The notes: generated by a model not told the origin, from the sequence alone. A DNA stretch of 46,680 nt from an uncultured bacterium (GCA_964597945.1 CAZRAD010000003.1:1-46680), one strand, 5' to 3'. Shown: positions 25,488 to 35,201, numbered from the stretch's first letter. Numbers and translations are program-made.

Positions 25488-26174
25488 CTAGCGCGGGATC
25501 ATCAGGACCATCCCCGGCTGGATCACATCGGGGTTGTTGATCTGGTCCGTGTTCGCCTCGTAGATGACGTCCCACTTCGTGGAATCACCATAGATCTCCC
25601 AGTAACCGGCGATGCGCCAGAGGCTCTCGCCCATGCCGACCGTGTAGCTGTGCGGCCAGTCACGCGGGATAGTGAGCTCCCAGTCCGGGTAGATCAGGTT
25701 CGGGTCCTGGATCAGCTCTCGGTTCGCGCGGTAGATGCGCTTCCACTTGAGCGGATCGGCGTAGATCTCGTCCATCTCGGCGATCTTGTAGAGGAAGTCG
25801 CCCTTCTGAACGACATACACGCGCGGCAGACCCTCGTACCATGCGATCTCGCCCTCGAGCGCCTCGACCTCGCCTCGGAGCCCCATGAGCTCAGGCTGCA
25901 GACGGGCCATCTCGACATCGAGGTCACCGATCGCGCGCTGCTCGGCCGTGACATCATCAAGAGCCGCGGCCGCGCTGTCCTGCATGTCCTCGTACTCACC
26001 CAGCAGGTCGGCGCAGTACGCCTCACGCTGGTCCTTCGAAAGCTCCTGGTACTCCTCTTCTGTATAGAAGTCGCCACTGCTCGGATCGGCGGTCCGCTGA
26101 ACTCCGGAACCACACCCTGTCACGAGCGCGAGAGCGACCAGGAGAACCAGTACCACTGTTATCCTTCGCAGCAT
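25488..26174 (-). CDS. Lipoprotein with a coiled-coil segment and two LysM domains
   Basis: 228 aa. Lipobox VTGC. An acidic heptad-like segment is followed by two LysM-like repeats (YVVQKGDFLYKIA...LIYPDWELTIP and YTVGMGESLWRIA...VIQPGMVLMIP). Confidence 0.85.
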   Translation of the reverse strand: MLRRITVVLVLLVALALVTGCGSGVQRTADPSSGDFYTEEEYQELSKDQREAYCADLLGEYEDMQDSAAAALDDVTAEQRAIGDLDVEMARLQPELMGLRGEVEALEGEIAWYEGLPRVYVVQKGDFLYKIAEMDEIYADPLKWKRIYRANRELIQDPNLIYPDWELTIPRDWPHSYTVGMGESLWRIAGYWEIYGDSTKWDVIYEANTDQINNPDVIQPGMVLMIPR

Positions 26175-26205
26175 TGGTCGAATCCCTTTCGTTCGCTCGC
26201 GGCGA

Positions 26206-26499
26206 CTAGCGTCCGCTGCCCTTCTTCAGTTCATTCAGCCTTGCCTCCAGCGCGGCAGGCTGCGACTCCAACTCCGAGATCTCACTTCTTGCTGCCGCGA
26301 CCTCAGCTTCGAGGTCGGCCCGCGCTGCGCGGACCTCCTCAAGCTCGGCGGTGGCGGCATCGTACTCGTCCTGCGCCGCCTGCACCTCGGTCACGTACAC
26401 GCCCTCACACGGAGGCTTCGGGCCACAGCCCATGAGCATCGCGCTGAGGACGAGGAGCAGCGTGGCGAGAGTGAGAACCCCCCCGGTCTTCCTTGCCAT
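26206..26499 (-). CDS. Small coiled-coil lipoprotein (Lpp-like architecture)
   Basis: I place the start at the ATG at 26499 (MARKTGGVLTLATLLLVLSAMLMGCGPK, lipobox LMGC), with GGAAGGGGG upstream. The mature part is an Ala/Glu/Leu-rich helix ending ...LNELKKGSGR. Confidence 0.7.
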   Translation of the reverse strand: MARKTGGVLTLATLLLVLSAMLMGCGPKPPCEGVYVTEVQAAQDEYDAATAELEEVRAARADLEAEVAAARSEISELESQPAALEARLNELKKGSGR

Positions 26500-26588
26500 C
26501 GCGTGGCACCCCCTTCCAACATACAACGACACACGCCTTGCGCGCTGTCACACGCAAAGCTCTCGAAATACCTACGTCCGCACGACTT

Positions 26589-26617
26589 AAGCTAACAGAG
26601 CCCCTCAGAGCTGTCAA
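26589..26617 (-). promoter_or_regulatory. Candidate sigma70 promoter, TTGACA-N17-TAGCTT
   Basis: On the minus strand, TTGACA lies at 26617-26612 and TAGCTT at 26594-26589. This is ~90 nt upstream of the lipoprotein ATG at 26499. Confidence 0.4.
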
Positions 26618-26759
26618 GGCTGATTTGGGGGTCAGAAGCGGCTCTGGAAGCCGCGCGACGATGCGCAACTTGCCATGAAGACGCGTTTTACAGAGATGGC
26701 GACGACTCCGGACCGGGCGCGCAGCGCTCAAGGGAGCCCCCACAGCGAGCCTCCTCGGT

Positions 26760-28847
26760 CTACTGGACGTATCCCAACGCCTCAAGCATCTCCCGGAGCG
26801 CGGGATCGAGCTCGTTCTCAGCACCGGCCACACCGGAGAACCCCTCAGGCACGGGCGTCTCCGCCAGTACGGCCGCCGCACGACTCAGGACATCGGCAGC
26901 TGAATGAATATTATTCACCGTCTCGCCCGGGTCGCTCTCCAGATCGTAGACCTCCACAGGGAGCCCGCCGCGCTCGATGACCTTCCAGCGTCCGTCTCGG
27001 ACGGCGCGATGATCGATCCCCCGATGCGGATTCGAGAGGATGACGAGCTGCTCTCCTACGGGCGACTCGTCCTTCGACGCCCTCGCCGGCGGTGACTCCC
27101 CCATTGGCCGGGTGAGCAGGTCCGCAAGACCCGAGCGCCCGCCGAGCTCCCCGGAGATACCGGCCAGTTCCAGGATCGTCGGCGCGATATCCATCGATGA
27201 GACCTGGCGTTCGATCCAGAGATCGCTCGGGATGCCCGGCCCCGCCATAACGAGCGGCACACGGCAGACCTCATCGTACGGATCGACGTGCGCGAACCAG
27301 TTCTCCGGCGGCACGTGCTGCTCCTGCATATGCTCGCCATGGTCCGAGGTCACCACCACGACCGTGTTGCTCAAGGCACCGGTGCGCTCGACCGCATCAA
27401 GCAGAACACCGAGTCCGTCATCTGCGAACCTGACCTCGGAGTCGTAGGCGTCCAGCGCCGCTCCGGCCGTCGAACGCTCCTCGCCCGTTGGCGGCGGTTC
27501 GTCAGTGCCGGATGCCTCCGTCGCCGTCCCCCCCGCCCCCACCACGCTCGCGACGAGGCTCTCACGCTCCTCGAAGCTGAAGACGCGCCCGGTCTCGTGA
27601 TTCACGTACGGCATGTGCGGATCGAAGACATGCACCCAGAGGAAGAACGGCGCGCGGTCCGACGACACCGACCCCGACGACCGTCGCTGCGCCTGGAGCC
27701 AGTCCGCTGCCGCCGTCGCCGTCAGCATGGCGCTCCGCTCGTGCGCGAACAGTGCCGGCGCGTGACGCTCGAGCACGCGGCCGCCGACGTGATGTCGATA
27801 GCGGTCCGCCCACCCGCGGTCGGCGAACAGACGGAACCCTCTGCTCAAGTGAGATATGTGGCCGTCCAGGTGTTCGACGCTGACGAAAGCGGCCGTGTTG
27901 TAGCCGGCATCCGCCAGGAGCTCCGCCAACACCGGCACGTCCCGCCGGAGCGGCATCGCGTTTCGAACCACGCCGTGCTCCCACGGCGGGACGCCGGTCA
28001 GCAGCGACGCATGACTTGGATCCGTGACGACCTCCGGGACGATGGCGTTGGTGAAGACGGTCCCGCGCGAGGCGAGCCCATCCAGCCGGGGCGTGATCCC
28101 GAGGCCGTCCGCCCGAGGGCCGAACGGCGAGGAGTACCCCGAGTAGCCGGTCCGGTCGGCCCGCACGGTGTCGAGCGTGACGAGGAGTATGTTCGGGCCT
28201 GCTACGCTCGGATCGGAGGAATCATTCGGCGCAACAGCTGGCACATAGGTGGTTCCATGCGGAAGCGCTGAGACCGCGACAGCGAGGCAGATGGCGAGCA
28301 GCGCGGCCGACGTGACGACCACAGGCATCGCCTGCACCCCGCGCTCTCTGGAGAGAATGCGCCGAGCGAGAACGAATGCCGCGGCTGCCGCAGCGACCAT
28401 TGCAACATGGCCGACCGCGTTCCCGGCGGTCCCGAAGAACCTCCCATCGAGTGCGGAACCCCAGAACAGGAATACGAAGAACGGGATGCACAGCGATGCG
28501 GACAGCACAAGGGCCCGCCGTGCGGACCGAACGAAGGGCCCGAGCGCGAGTGTGAGAGCAGCGCCAATGAGAACGCCGACGACCGCGTGCGCGGCCGCCG
28601 GCAGGAGCAGGAACGAGAGAAGCGAACGGGTGGTGTTGAAGTAGTAGCCGTGTCTCAGCGCGACGAGCAGACTCTCGACGGCGCCGGTCACCGCGCCAGC
28701 GGAGACCCAGACGGCTGCTGCAATCCAGACGGTCAGCGCGACGCGGCCGATTGCCGCCACCCGGCCGGTGGCCGCTGCCACAGACCCCGGGGCCGCGTCC
28801 GCGTCCTCACGCGACGATGGCGTGGCGCTACTTCTTCTCCTCGACAA
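26760..28847 (-). CDS. Membrane-anchored sulfatase-like AlkP-superfamily hydrolase/transferase
   Basis: ~695 aa. The start is uncertain: the TTG at 28847 overlaps the aspS end, and in-frame GTGs lie downstream. The N-terminal ~200 aa hold several hydrophobic helices. The catalytic domain has LLVTLDTVRADR, VTDPSHASLLTG (Thr where sulfatases have Cys/Ser in CxPxR) and VVTSDHGEH. The C-terminus is ...ENELDPALREMLEALGYVQ. Confidence 0.8.
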   Translation of the reverse strand: MSRRRSSATPSSREDADAAPGSVAAATGRVAAIGRVALTVWIAAAVWVSAGAVTGAVESLLVALRHGYYFNTTRSLLSFLLLPAAAHAVVGVLIGAALTLALGPFVRSARRALVLSASLCIPFFVFLFWGSALDGRFFGTAGNAVGHVAMVAAAAAAFVLARRILSRERGVQAMPVVVTSAALLAICLAVAVSALPHGTTYVPAVAPNDSSDPSVAGPNILLVTLDTVRADRTGYSGYSSPFGPRADGLGITPRLDGLASRGTVFTNAIVPEVVTDPSHASLLTGVPPWEHGVVRNAMPLRRDVPVLAELLADAGYNTAAFVSVEHLDGHISHLSRGFRLFADRGWADRYRHHVGGRVLERHAPALFAHERSAMLTATAAADWLQAQRRSSGSVSSDRAPFFLWVHVFDPHMPYVNHETGRVFSFEERESLVASVVGAGGTATEASGTDEPPPTGEERSTAGAALDAYDSEVRFADDGLGVLLDAVERTGALSNTVVVVTSDHGEHMQEQHVPPENWFAHVDPYDEVCRVPLVMAGPGIPSDLWIERQVSSMDIAPTILELAGISGELGGRSGLADLLTRPMGESPPARASKDESPVGEQLVILSNPHRGIDHRAVRDGRWKVIERGGLPVEVYDLESDPGETVNNIHSAADVLSRAAAVLAETPVPEGFSGVAGAENELDPALREMLEALGYVQ

Positions 28848-30618
28848 AGCTGATCCCGATCTCTTTCATTACATCCGGGTCGGGCTCGGACGGTGACCCA
28901 TCCATGAGCGACAGCCCCTTGTAGGTCTTCGGGAACGCGATGACGTCACGGATGGAATCCTCGCCCACAAGCATCATCACAATACGGTCAAGGCCGGGCG
29001 CGATCCCGCCGTGCGGCGGCGCGCCATAGTCGAACGCTTTGAGCAGGAACCCGAACCGCGTCTCGGCGTCCTCACGCGACATGCCGACGACGGCCATCAC
29101 GCGCTCCTGGATATCGCGGCGGTGGATCCTGATGGAGCCCGACGCCATCTCGACACCGTTGAGCACCAGGTCGTAGAGCTGCCCGAGCACGCGGCCGGGG
29201 TCGCTCTCGAGGTACTCCATATCCTCGTCACGCGGCATCGTGAACATGTGGTGCTCGGTCTCCCACGACTCCGTATCATCGTTCCACGCGAACATCGGGA
29301 AGTCGGTCACCCAGAGGAAGTTCAGCCTGTCCCCGGGGATAAGGTCGAGTTCCGCGCCCACGGCGAGCCGGAGCCTGCCAAGCACGTCGTGGACGACCTT
29401 CGTCCGATCGGCGCAGAAGAGCAGGATGTCGCCCTCGCTCGCCTTCGCCGCATCGATGATCGCGGTCGCCTCGTTCGGCTGGAGGAACTTGCTGATTCCG
29501 CCGGTGAGACCGTCCCGGTCGACCTTCGCCCAGGCGAGTCCCTTTGCGCCCCACTTCTTGACGAGCGCTTCGTGGTTGTCAATGTCCTTTCGCGACCAGC
29601 TCGCGCAACCGGGCGCGCACAGACACTTGACCGACCCGCCCGTCTCGACCGCGCCGCGGAACACCTTGAACTCGCTCTCGGCGACGATCGACGAGACATC
29701 GACGAGTTCCATCCCGAACCGCGTGTCGGGCTTGTCGGAACCGAACCGCGCCATCGCCTCCGCGTACGGAAGCCTCGGGAACGGCGTCGGGAGGTCGATG
29801 TCGTTGACGGACTTCCACATCGCCGCCATGAGGCCCTCGGCCATCGTGAACACGTCGTCCTGCGTCGCGAAGCTCATCTCGATGTCGATCTGCGTGTGTT
29901 CGTACTGCCGGTCGGCCCGGAGATCCTCGTCGCGCAGGCAGCGCGCGATCTGGAAGTACTTGTCACACCCGCTGACCATGAGGATCTGCTTGTAGAGCTG
30001 CGGCGACTGTGGGAGCGCGTAGACCTTGCCCGGGTGGACGCGCGACGGCACGATGAAGTCGCGCGCGCCCTCGGGCGTCTTCTTCGCGAGCATCGGCGTC
30101 TCGATCTCGAGGAACCCGAGCCCCGCGAGGTAGTTCCGCGCGGAGATGGCGGCGGTGTGCCGCGCAAGCAGCCGCTGCTGCATATGCGGCCTGCGAAGAT
30201 CAAGATAGCGGTACTCAAGCCGAAGCTCGTCGCTTGCCTTGATCGGCTCCTCGAGCACGAACGGCGGCGTCTGGCAGTCGTTGAGCACGTGCATCGCACT
30301 GACGGTGACCTCGACCTCTCCGGTCGGCATGTCTCTGTTGATGGTGCCGTCCGGTCGCACACCGGCCTCGCCCTCGACGGCTATCACGTACTCCGCCCCC
30401 AGATCGCCCGCAGCCTCGAAGAGCGCCGCATCCGTCTCCGGATGGAAGACGATCTGCGTCTCGCCATACCGGTCGCGGAGGTCGACGAAGAGAAGTCCTC
30501 CGAGGTTGCGTCGCCTGTGCACCCATCCCATCAGCACGACGGACTCACCGGCGTTGCCGGCCCTGAGTTCGCCGCACGTGTGTGTTCGCCTGGTCGTACC
30601 GAGCGGTTCGAGCTTCAT
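28828..30618 (-). CDS. aspS: Aspartate--tRNA ligase (bacterial type)
   Basis: I place the start at the ATG at 30618 (MKLEPLGTTRRTHTCGELR...), with GGGAG upstream. Motifs GWVHRRRNLGGLLFVDLRDRYG, QSPQLYKQ, FQIARCLRDEDLRADRQYEHTQID and GGIAPGLDRIVMML. The ORF-track N-terminal 136 aa are Arg-rich and overlap hisS. Confidence 0.93.
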   Translation of the reverse strand: MKLEPLGTTRRTHTCGELRAGNAGESVVLMGWVHRRRNLGGLLFVDLRDRYGETQIVFHPETDAALFEAAGDLGAEYVIAVEGEAGVRPDGTINRDMPTGEVEVTVSAMHVLNDCQTPPFVLEEPIKASDELRLEYRYLDLRRPHMQQRLLARHTAAISARNYLAGLGFLEIETPMLAKKTPEGARDFIVPSRVHPGKVYALPQSPQLYKQILMVSGCDKYFQIARCLRDEDLRADRQYEHTQIDIEMSFATQDDVFTMAEGLMAAMWKSVNDIDLPTPFPRLPYAEAMARFGSDKPDTRFGMELVDVSSIVAESEFKVFRGAVETGGSVKCLCAPGCASWSRKDIDNHEALVKKWGAKGLAWAKVDRDGLTGGISKFLQPNEATAIIDAAKASEGDILLFCADRTKVVHDVLGRLRLAVGAELDLIPGDRLNFLWVTDFPMFAWNDDTESWETEHHMFTMPRDEDMEYLESDPGRVLGQLYDLVLNGVEMASGSIRIHRRDIQERVMAVVGMSREDAETRFGFLLKAFDYGAPPHGGIAPGLDRIVMMLVGEDSIRDVIAFPKTYKGLSLMDGSPSEPDPDVMKEIGISFVEEKK

Positions 30619-30671
30619 GTGTGGTGACTCCCATGTTGTATCGTGTCGGTGTACTCGGCTGCGCCACCGCG

Positions 30672-31925
30672 CTAGTCGGCCATGCGCTCGGCGATCACGT
30701 CGGAGACCATGTCCGTGGTCACCTCGACCTCCCAGCCCGCGCCGCTCTCGCGGACACGGAGCGGAGCGTCCGGCCCGTTGTTGACGACCACGAACCGCGC
30801 GCCGAGCTTGCCGGCCTCCTGCATCTGCTTGTTGAGGCTCCGGCCCTGGTAATCCATCTCGACGGCGAACCGCTCTCGCAGTCTCGCCGCCAACTCGACG
30901 TTCGATGCAGCGCAATCGCCCTCCCCCGCGACGAGATAGACATCGGGCGCGGGGGCGTTCTCCCCAAAGGCGCTCTCCTCTTCGAGCGCCATCACCAGAC
31001 GCTCGACACCGGAGGACACGCCGCATGCCGGCGTCGACGCGCCACCGAGCTCCTCGACGAGACCATCGTACCGGCCGCCGCCGCAGAGCGCGTTCTGCGC
31101 GCCGAGCTTCTCGTAGTGGATCTCGAAGATCGTCTTCGTGTAGTAGTCGAGACCGCGCGCCATTTTCGGGTCGAGCGTGTACGGCACGCCGATGGCGTCA
31201 AGGTGCGACCGCACGGCGTCGAAGTGGTCGCGGCATTCAACGCAGAGCGCGTCGAGTATCGACGGCGCGCCGTCGAGGAGCTCCTGGCATTGCGGGTTCT
31301 TGCAGTCGAACATCCGACGCGGGTTGCGCTCGTAGCGCGTCTGACAGTCCCCGCAGAAGTCACTCAGCTTCGCCGCGAGTTCCTTGCGAAGCAGCTCATT
31401 GTAATCGGGCGTGCAGGTCGGGCACCCGGCACTGTTGAGCTTCGCCCCGGTGTTGCGGATACCCAACCGCTTGAAGAAGCTCACCGAGAAATGGATGATC
31501 TCCGCGTCGATCGCAGGGTTCGACGAGCCGAGCGCCTCGAGTCCCCACTGCCAGAACTGGCGGTAGCGACCGGCCTGAGGACGTTCGTACCGGAACATCG
31601 GGCAGAAGTACCGGAGCTTCGTCACCCGCGCGCCGCGCCCCATCCCGTGCTGCACGAATGCGCGCACGACACTCGCGGTGCCCTCGGGCCTGAGTGTCAG
31701 GCTCCGACCCTTCCGGTCCTCGAACGTGTACATCTCCTTGCTCACGATGTCGGTCGTGTCCCCGATGCCGCGCGCGAAGAGCTCCGTCTCCTCGAAGACG
31801 GGCGTACGGATCTCCTCGTAGCCGAACCGCGCTGCGGTCTCGCGGAAGATCTGCTCGACCCGCTGCCACTTCCAGCTCTCGACAGGCAGTACGTCCTGTG
31901 TTCCTCTCGGTGCCTTGTACTTCAT
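30672..31925 (-). CDS. hisS: Histidine--tRNA ligase
   Basis: 417 aa, beginning MKYKAPRGTQDVLP, with ARGLDYYTKTIFE and CGGGRYDGLVEELGG. Confidence 0.93.
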   Translation of the reverse strand: MKYKAPRGTQDVLPVESWKWQRVEQIFRETAARFGYEEIRTPVFEETELFARGIGDTTDIVSKEMYTFEDRKGRSLTLRPEGTASVVRAFVQHGMGRGARVTKLRYFCPMFRYERPQAGRYRQFWQWGLEALGSSNPAIDAEIIHFSVSFFKRLGIRNTGAKLNSAGCPTCTPDYNELLRKELAAKLSDFCGDCQTRYERNPRRMFDCKNPQCQELLDGAPSILDALCVECRDHFDAVRSHLDAIGVPYTLDPKMARGLDYYTKTIFEIHYEKLGAQNALCGGGRYDGLVEELGGASTPACGVSSGVERLVMALEEESAFGENAPAPDVYLVAGEGDCAASNVELAARLRERFAVEMDYQGRSLNKQMQEAGKLGARFVVVNNGPDAPLRVRESGAGWEVEVTTDMVSDVIAERMAD

Positions 31926-31994
31926 TTCGATCGTCCTCGCTCGATGTGTTCGCGTGCTCTCTCGCCCGCCGCCCTCCAGCCTGACGCGTTCGCG

Positions 31995-32408
31995 CTACTC
32001 GGTGCCTTCCTGGTGTTCAGGCTCGCCGGTGCGCCATCGGAAGAACTCGGTCGCGAGGCGGTTCCCAAGAATGACACCCACGGCGTCGGCGCACCAGTCG
32101 TAGAACTCGACCGAACGGCCGGGCACCGTGAACTGGTAGAGCTCGTCGAAGACGCCGACGGTAAGCCCGGTCGCGATCACCAGCGGGGTAACCCATCTCC
32201 GCCTGTCGTCGGTGAACGTGCCGCGATACCCGACCGTCAGAAAAACCCCCAACCCGCCGTACTCGATCGAGTGCGCGAGCTTATCGATCATATTGAACTT
32301 GATGATGCTGCTCGCGAAGACCGTCATCGACGACAGACCGAAGATCACCATCGTCCACACGATGGCCGGCAGCCACGAGAGCAGCATGCGTCTTCGGTCG
32401 TCCGTCAT
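31995..32408 (-). CDS. VanZ-like membrane protein
   Basis: 137 aa with four hydrophobic segments and DKLAHSIEYGGLG, a pattern typical of the VanZ family. Confidence 0.65.
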   Translation of the reverse strand: MTDDRRRMLLSWLPAIVWTMVIFGLSSMTVFASSIIKFNMIDKLAHSIEYGGLGVFLTVGYRGTFTDDRRRWVTPLVIATGLTVGVFDELYQFTVPGRSVEFYDWCADAVGVILGNRLATEFFRWRTGEPEHQEGTE

Positions 32409-32502
32409 GTTACCTCCGTCCGGGCGATCTCAACCGCCGCGCGGCTCTGCTGCACCCCGCGCCCGGGCGGCCTCGCCCGGCGTGACCCGTCGCACCACGC
32501 AC

Positions 32503-33312
32503 CTAGACGCCGTACGAGTGCAGCCCTCCAAGAATCTTGCTGCCCAGGATCGTGAAGATGGTCATCGCATAGCCGAGAACGGAGATCCACGCGGCCCCGC
32601 TCCCGCTCCACCCGCGGACGAACCGCGCGTGAAGGTAGATCGCGTAGATGAACCACACGATGAGTGAACTGGTCTCCTTCGGGTCCCACGACCACGGCGA
32701 ACCCCACGCCTTCTGCGCCCAGATGGCGCCCGCGAAGAGCGCGCCGATGGTGAAGAGCGGGAAGCCTATGCCGATGGCGCGGTAGGTCACCGTATCGAGC
32801 TTCCGTCCGTCGGGCATCCCGCGGAAGTCGCGACCCTGACCGATGAGATACATCACGGACGCGACGAACGCCACGGTGAACGCGGCCTCTGCAAGCACGG
32901 CAAGCGAGACGTGGATCCAGAGCCAGTAGCTCTGGAGCGCCGGGATGAGCTGCTGGTTGATCTCCGCGGGGAAGAGCGACGCCATCGCGAGCGCGAGAGC
33001 CCCCGCCGTCGCCCCGAAGACGGCAACGAGATCGAGTCCCTTGCGCCGCCAGAGCAGCAGGAATCCGAGCACGATGCACCATGCAAAGAGCGTCATGTAC
33101 TCGAAGAGCCCGGTTACCGGGGGGTGTCCGGAGATGACCGAGCGGATGATGAGTGCGACCGTGTTCGCGAGAAATCCCGCGAGCGTCAGCGCGAACACGA
33201 TGCCCCGGACCGCCGGACGACGGACGCCGGCATAGACACACGCCGCCACCGTGCCGCCGAGATAGCACCAGAGAGCTATCCAGAAGTAGAGCATGTCGGG
33301 GTTCTGCGTCAT
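32503..33312 (-). CDS. ccsA: Cytochrome c biogenesis protein CcsA/ResC (System II)
   Basis: 269 aa, polytopic, with the Trp-rich motif WGSPWSWDPKETSSL and conserved His residues. Confidence 0.88.
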   Translation of the reverse strand: MTQNPDMLYFWIALWCYLGGTVAACVYAGVRRPAVRGIVFALTLAGFLANTVALIIRSVISGHPPVTGLFEYMTLFAWCIVLGFLLLWRRKGLDLVAVFGATAGALALAMASLFPAEINQQLIPALQSYWLWIHVSLAVLAEAAFTVAFVASVMYLIGQGRDFRGMPDGRKLDTVTYRAIGIGFPLFTIGALFAGAIWAQKAWGSPWSWDPKETSSLIVWFIYAIYLHARFVRGWSGSGAAWISVLGYAMTIFTILGSKILGGLHSYGV

Positions 33313-33320
33313 CGTTCACC

Positions 33321-34451
33321 TCACGCTGGATTGGGCGGCGCCTTCCGTGTCCAGAACACGAGACAGAGCCCGAGAGAGAGCGCGGCGAACCCGAAGAAGA
33401 GAAGCGGGGTTCCCGGCTGGTGCGTGAACTCGAACCGCGTGAGTCCGCGGTCGAAATCGGGAATGTAGTCCAGGAAGAAGAGCCGGCAGGGCAAACCCTC
33501 CGCCTCGTGGCCGGCGACGCCAGCGAACACCCACTGCTCCCCGGCGAGACGACCGTTCTCCCAGACCTGTACGAAGACCGCCGGGTTGTCGTGCCTCGGC
33601 GACGCCAGCCCAGCCGTTCGTGTCTCGATATCATATGTGAAGTCCGAGAGGAACTCCAGAACTTCGACCGAGATGCCCGTGTCGAGCACCGGGACACGTT
33701 CGTGGAGCGCCGCCGGCACCTCGAGATGGAGCGGTGTGGCGGCTTCGGTGGCCGCTTCCCCTGCCGGGGCCGCGGCGCCGCGCGCGTCCGTCGCGCCCGG
33801 GCGATCCGCGGGGATGACCACGCCGAGCAGCACCTCACGGACCGAGCTGGCCGACGGGAGCATCTCGAACTGGTAGACGCCGATCCCGTTGTGAACCAGG
33901 GGCTCGTTGACCTCGATGCGGTGCTGTCGAACCTCGTTGCCGTTCTCGAGGACCGTAACCTCGGAGAGATACTCCGAGAGTACGCCGTCGTCGGAGAACT
34001 CGGTGCGGGCGGCATCGACGCGGATGGAGAACCCGCCCGCAGGCGCCTCAATCACATCGCCCGCCTCCATGTAGCGTGGCGCGGCCTGACGGAAACCACC
34101 CACCGCGGTCCAGACGCCGCCGGCGGCGATGAGCGCGATCGAGAGGTGCGTGATGAGCGAGCCGAAGACGCGGAGTCTCCGGTTCGACGAGGTGAAGAGC
34201 GTTGCGATCCGCTTGAGCGAACAGACGACGGTCGAGAGCGTGAGGAGTCCCGCGAGCGCGACGAAATACCACGTCCTGAAGACGTTGCCGAGCCCGGCGC
34301 GGAAGACAAGCGTCCCGATCGCGTGACCGAAGCGTTCAACGTACACCTCCGGCGGAAGCTGCTGGCCTATGAGGACCCCGAGGACGGCGAGCGCCGTCAT
34401 CGCGATGAGCAGCCCAACCGCCGTCCGCATGGATGTCAGCCAGCGTATCAC
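33321..34451 (-). CDS. Cytochrome c biogenesis protein ResB/Ccs1 (System II)
   Basis: 376 aa, starting at GTG with GGGGGAGG upstream. The N-terminus LTSMRTAVGLLIAMTALAVLGVLIGQ is typical of ResB. The gene lies directly upstream of ccsA. Confidence 0.8.
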   Translation of the reverse strand: MIRWLTSMRTAVGLLIAMTALAVLGVLIGQQLPPEVYVERFGHAIGTLVFRAGLGNVFRTWYFVALAGLLTLSTVVCSLKRIATLFTSSNRRLRVFGSLITHLSIALIAAGGVWTAVGGFRQAAPRYMEAGDVIEAPAGGFSIRVDAARTEFSDDGVLSEYLSEVTVLENGNEVRQHRIEVNEPLVHNGIGVYQFEMLPSASSVREVLLGVVIPADRPGATDARGAAAPAGEAATEAATPLHLEVPAALHERVPVLDTGISVEVLEFLSDFTYDIETRTAGLASPRHDNPAVFVQVWENGRLAGEQWVFAGVAGHEAEGLPCRLFFLDYIPDFDRGLTRFEFTHQPGTPLLFFGFAALSLGLCLVFWTRKAPPNPA

Positions 34452-34538
34452 TCGTGCCTCCCCCGCTCGCGTGCCGTATCCTCCGCTGATCGCGCGGTCG
34501 ATCCCGCCTGCTTCCCGTTTAAGCCGCCCGGTTCCCGC

Positions 34539-35201
34539 CTACCCCGCCCGCTTCGCAGCGAGCTTCCCGCGGAGCCAGTCGCACCACGCGTCCATCCCGT
34601 CGCCCTTGAGCGCCGAGACTCGCATGATCTCGCACTCGGGATTGAGGACGCGCACTTCCTTCTCCGCGCGCTCGATGTCGTACGGCAGATACGGAAGAAG
34701 ATCGATCTTGTTGACGACCGCCATCTGGGACTCGTGGAAGATAGCCGGATACTTCATCGGCTTGTCGTCGCCCTCGGTCGTGGAGAGGAGTACCATCCGG
34801 ACATCCTCACCGAGATCGTAGGTCGCCGGGCAGATGAGATTGCCGACGTTCTCGATGAACACGAGGTCGGCCGACTTGAGGTCGAGGCCGTCGAGGACCT
34901 CCCGCACCATGTTCGCGCTCAGGTGACAGCCACCACCCGTGTTGATCTGGATCCCACCCGCACCGTGCGCACGAACGCGGTCCATGTCCCGCTCGGTCGT
35001 GACGTCTCCCTCGATGACGAGGATGTTGAACTCGCTTGCGAGCCGGTCGAGCGTCGCCTCGAGCAGCGTGGTCTTACCGGAGCCCGGTGAGCTGATGATG
35101 TTGAGGACGAACACGTCCGCGTCGTTGAAGACCTGTCGGATCTCGGATGCGGTGCGCTCGTTGTCACTCTGGATCTTCTTTTCGACATTGATCTTGGTCA
35201 C
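34539..35201 (-). CDS. hypB: Hydrogenase nickel-incorporation GTPase HypB
   Basis: 220 aa, starting at GTG with an AGGAGA RBS. Motifs SPGSGKTTLLE, GGGCHL and ENVGNLICPA. There is no His-rich or CxxCGC N-terminal segment. Confidence 0.92.
   Translation of the reverse strand: MTKINVEKKIQSDNERTASEIRQVFNDADVFVLNIISSPGSGKTTLLEATLDRLASEFNILVIEGDVTTERDMDRVRAHGAGGIQINTGGGCHLSANMVREVLDGLDLKSADLVFIENVGNLICPATYDLGEDVRMVLLSTTEGDDKPMKYPAIFHESQMAVVNKIDLLPYLPYDIERAEKEVRVLNPECEIMRVSALKGDGMDAWCDWLRGKLAAKRAG

Noticed and set aside
28828-31026. Long N-terminal extensions in ORF-track models of aspS (136 aa), ybeY (32 aa, to 21986), paralog 5 (53 aa, to 11443), paralog 3 (26 aa, to 8678), glyQ (29 aa, to 15858), mgtE (21 aa, to 18206), hypC (7 aa, to 38140) and the FmdE-like gene (59 aa, from 41247)
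   Set aside because: The extensions are Arg-rich or overlap the upstream gene. In each case an internal start preceded by a Shine-Dalgarno reproduces the canonical family N-terminus or a proper signal peptide.
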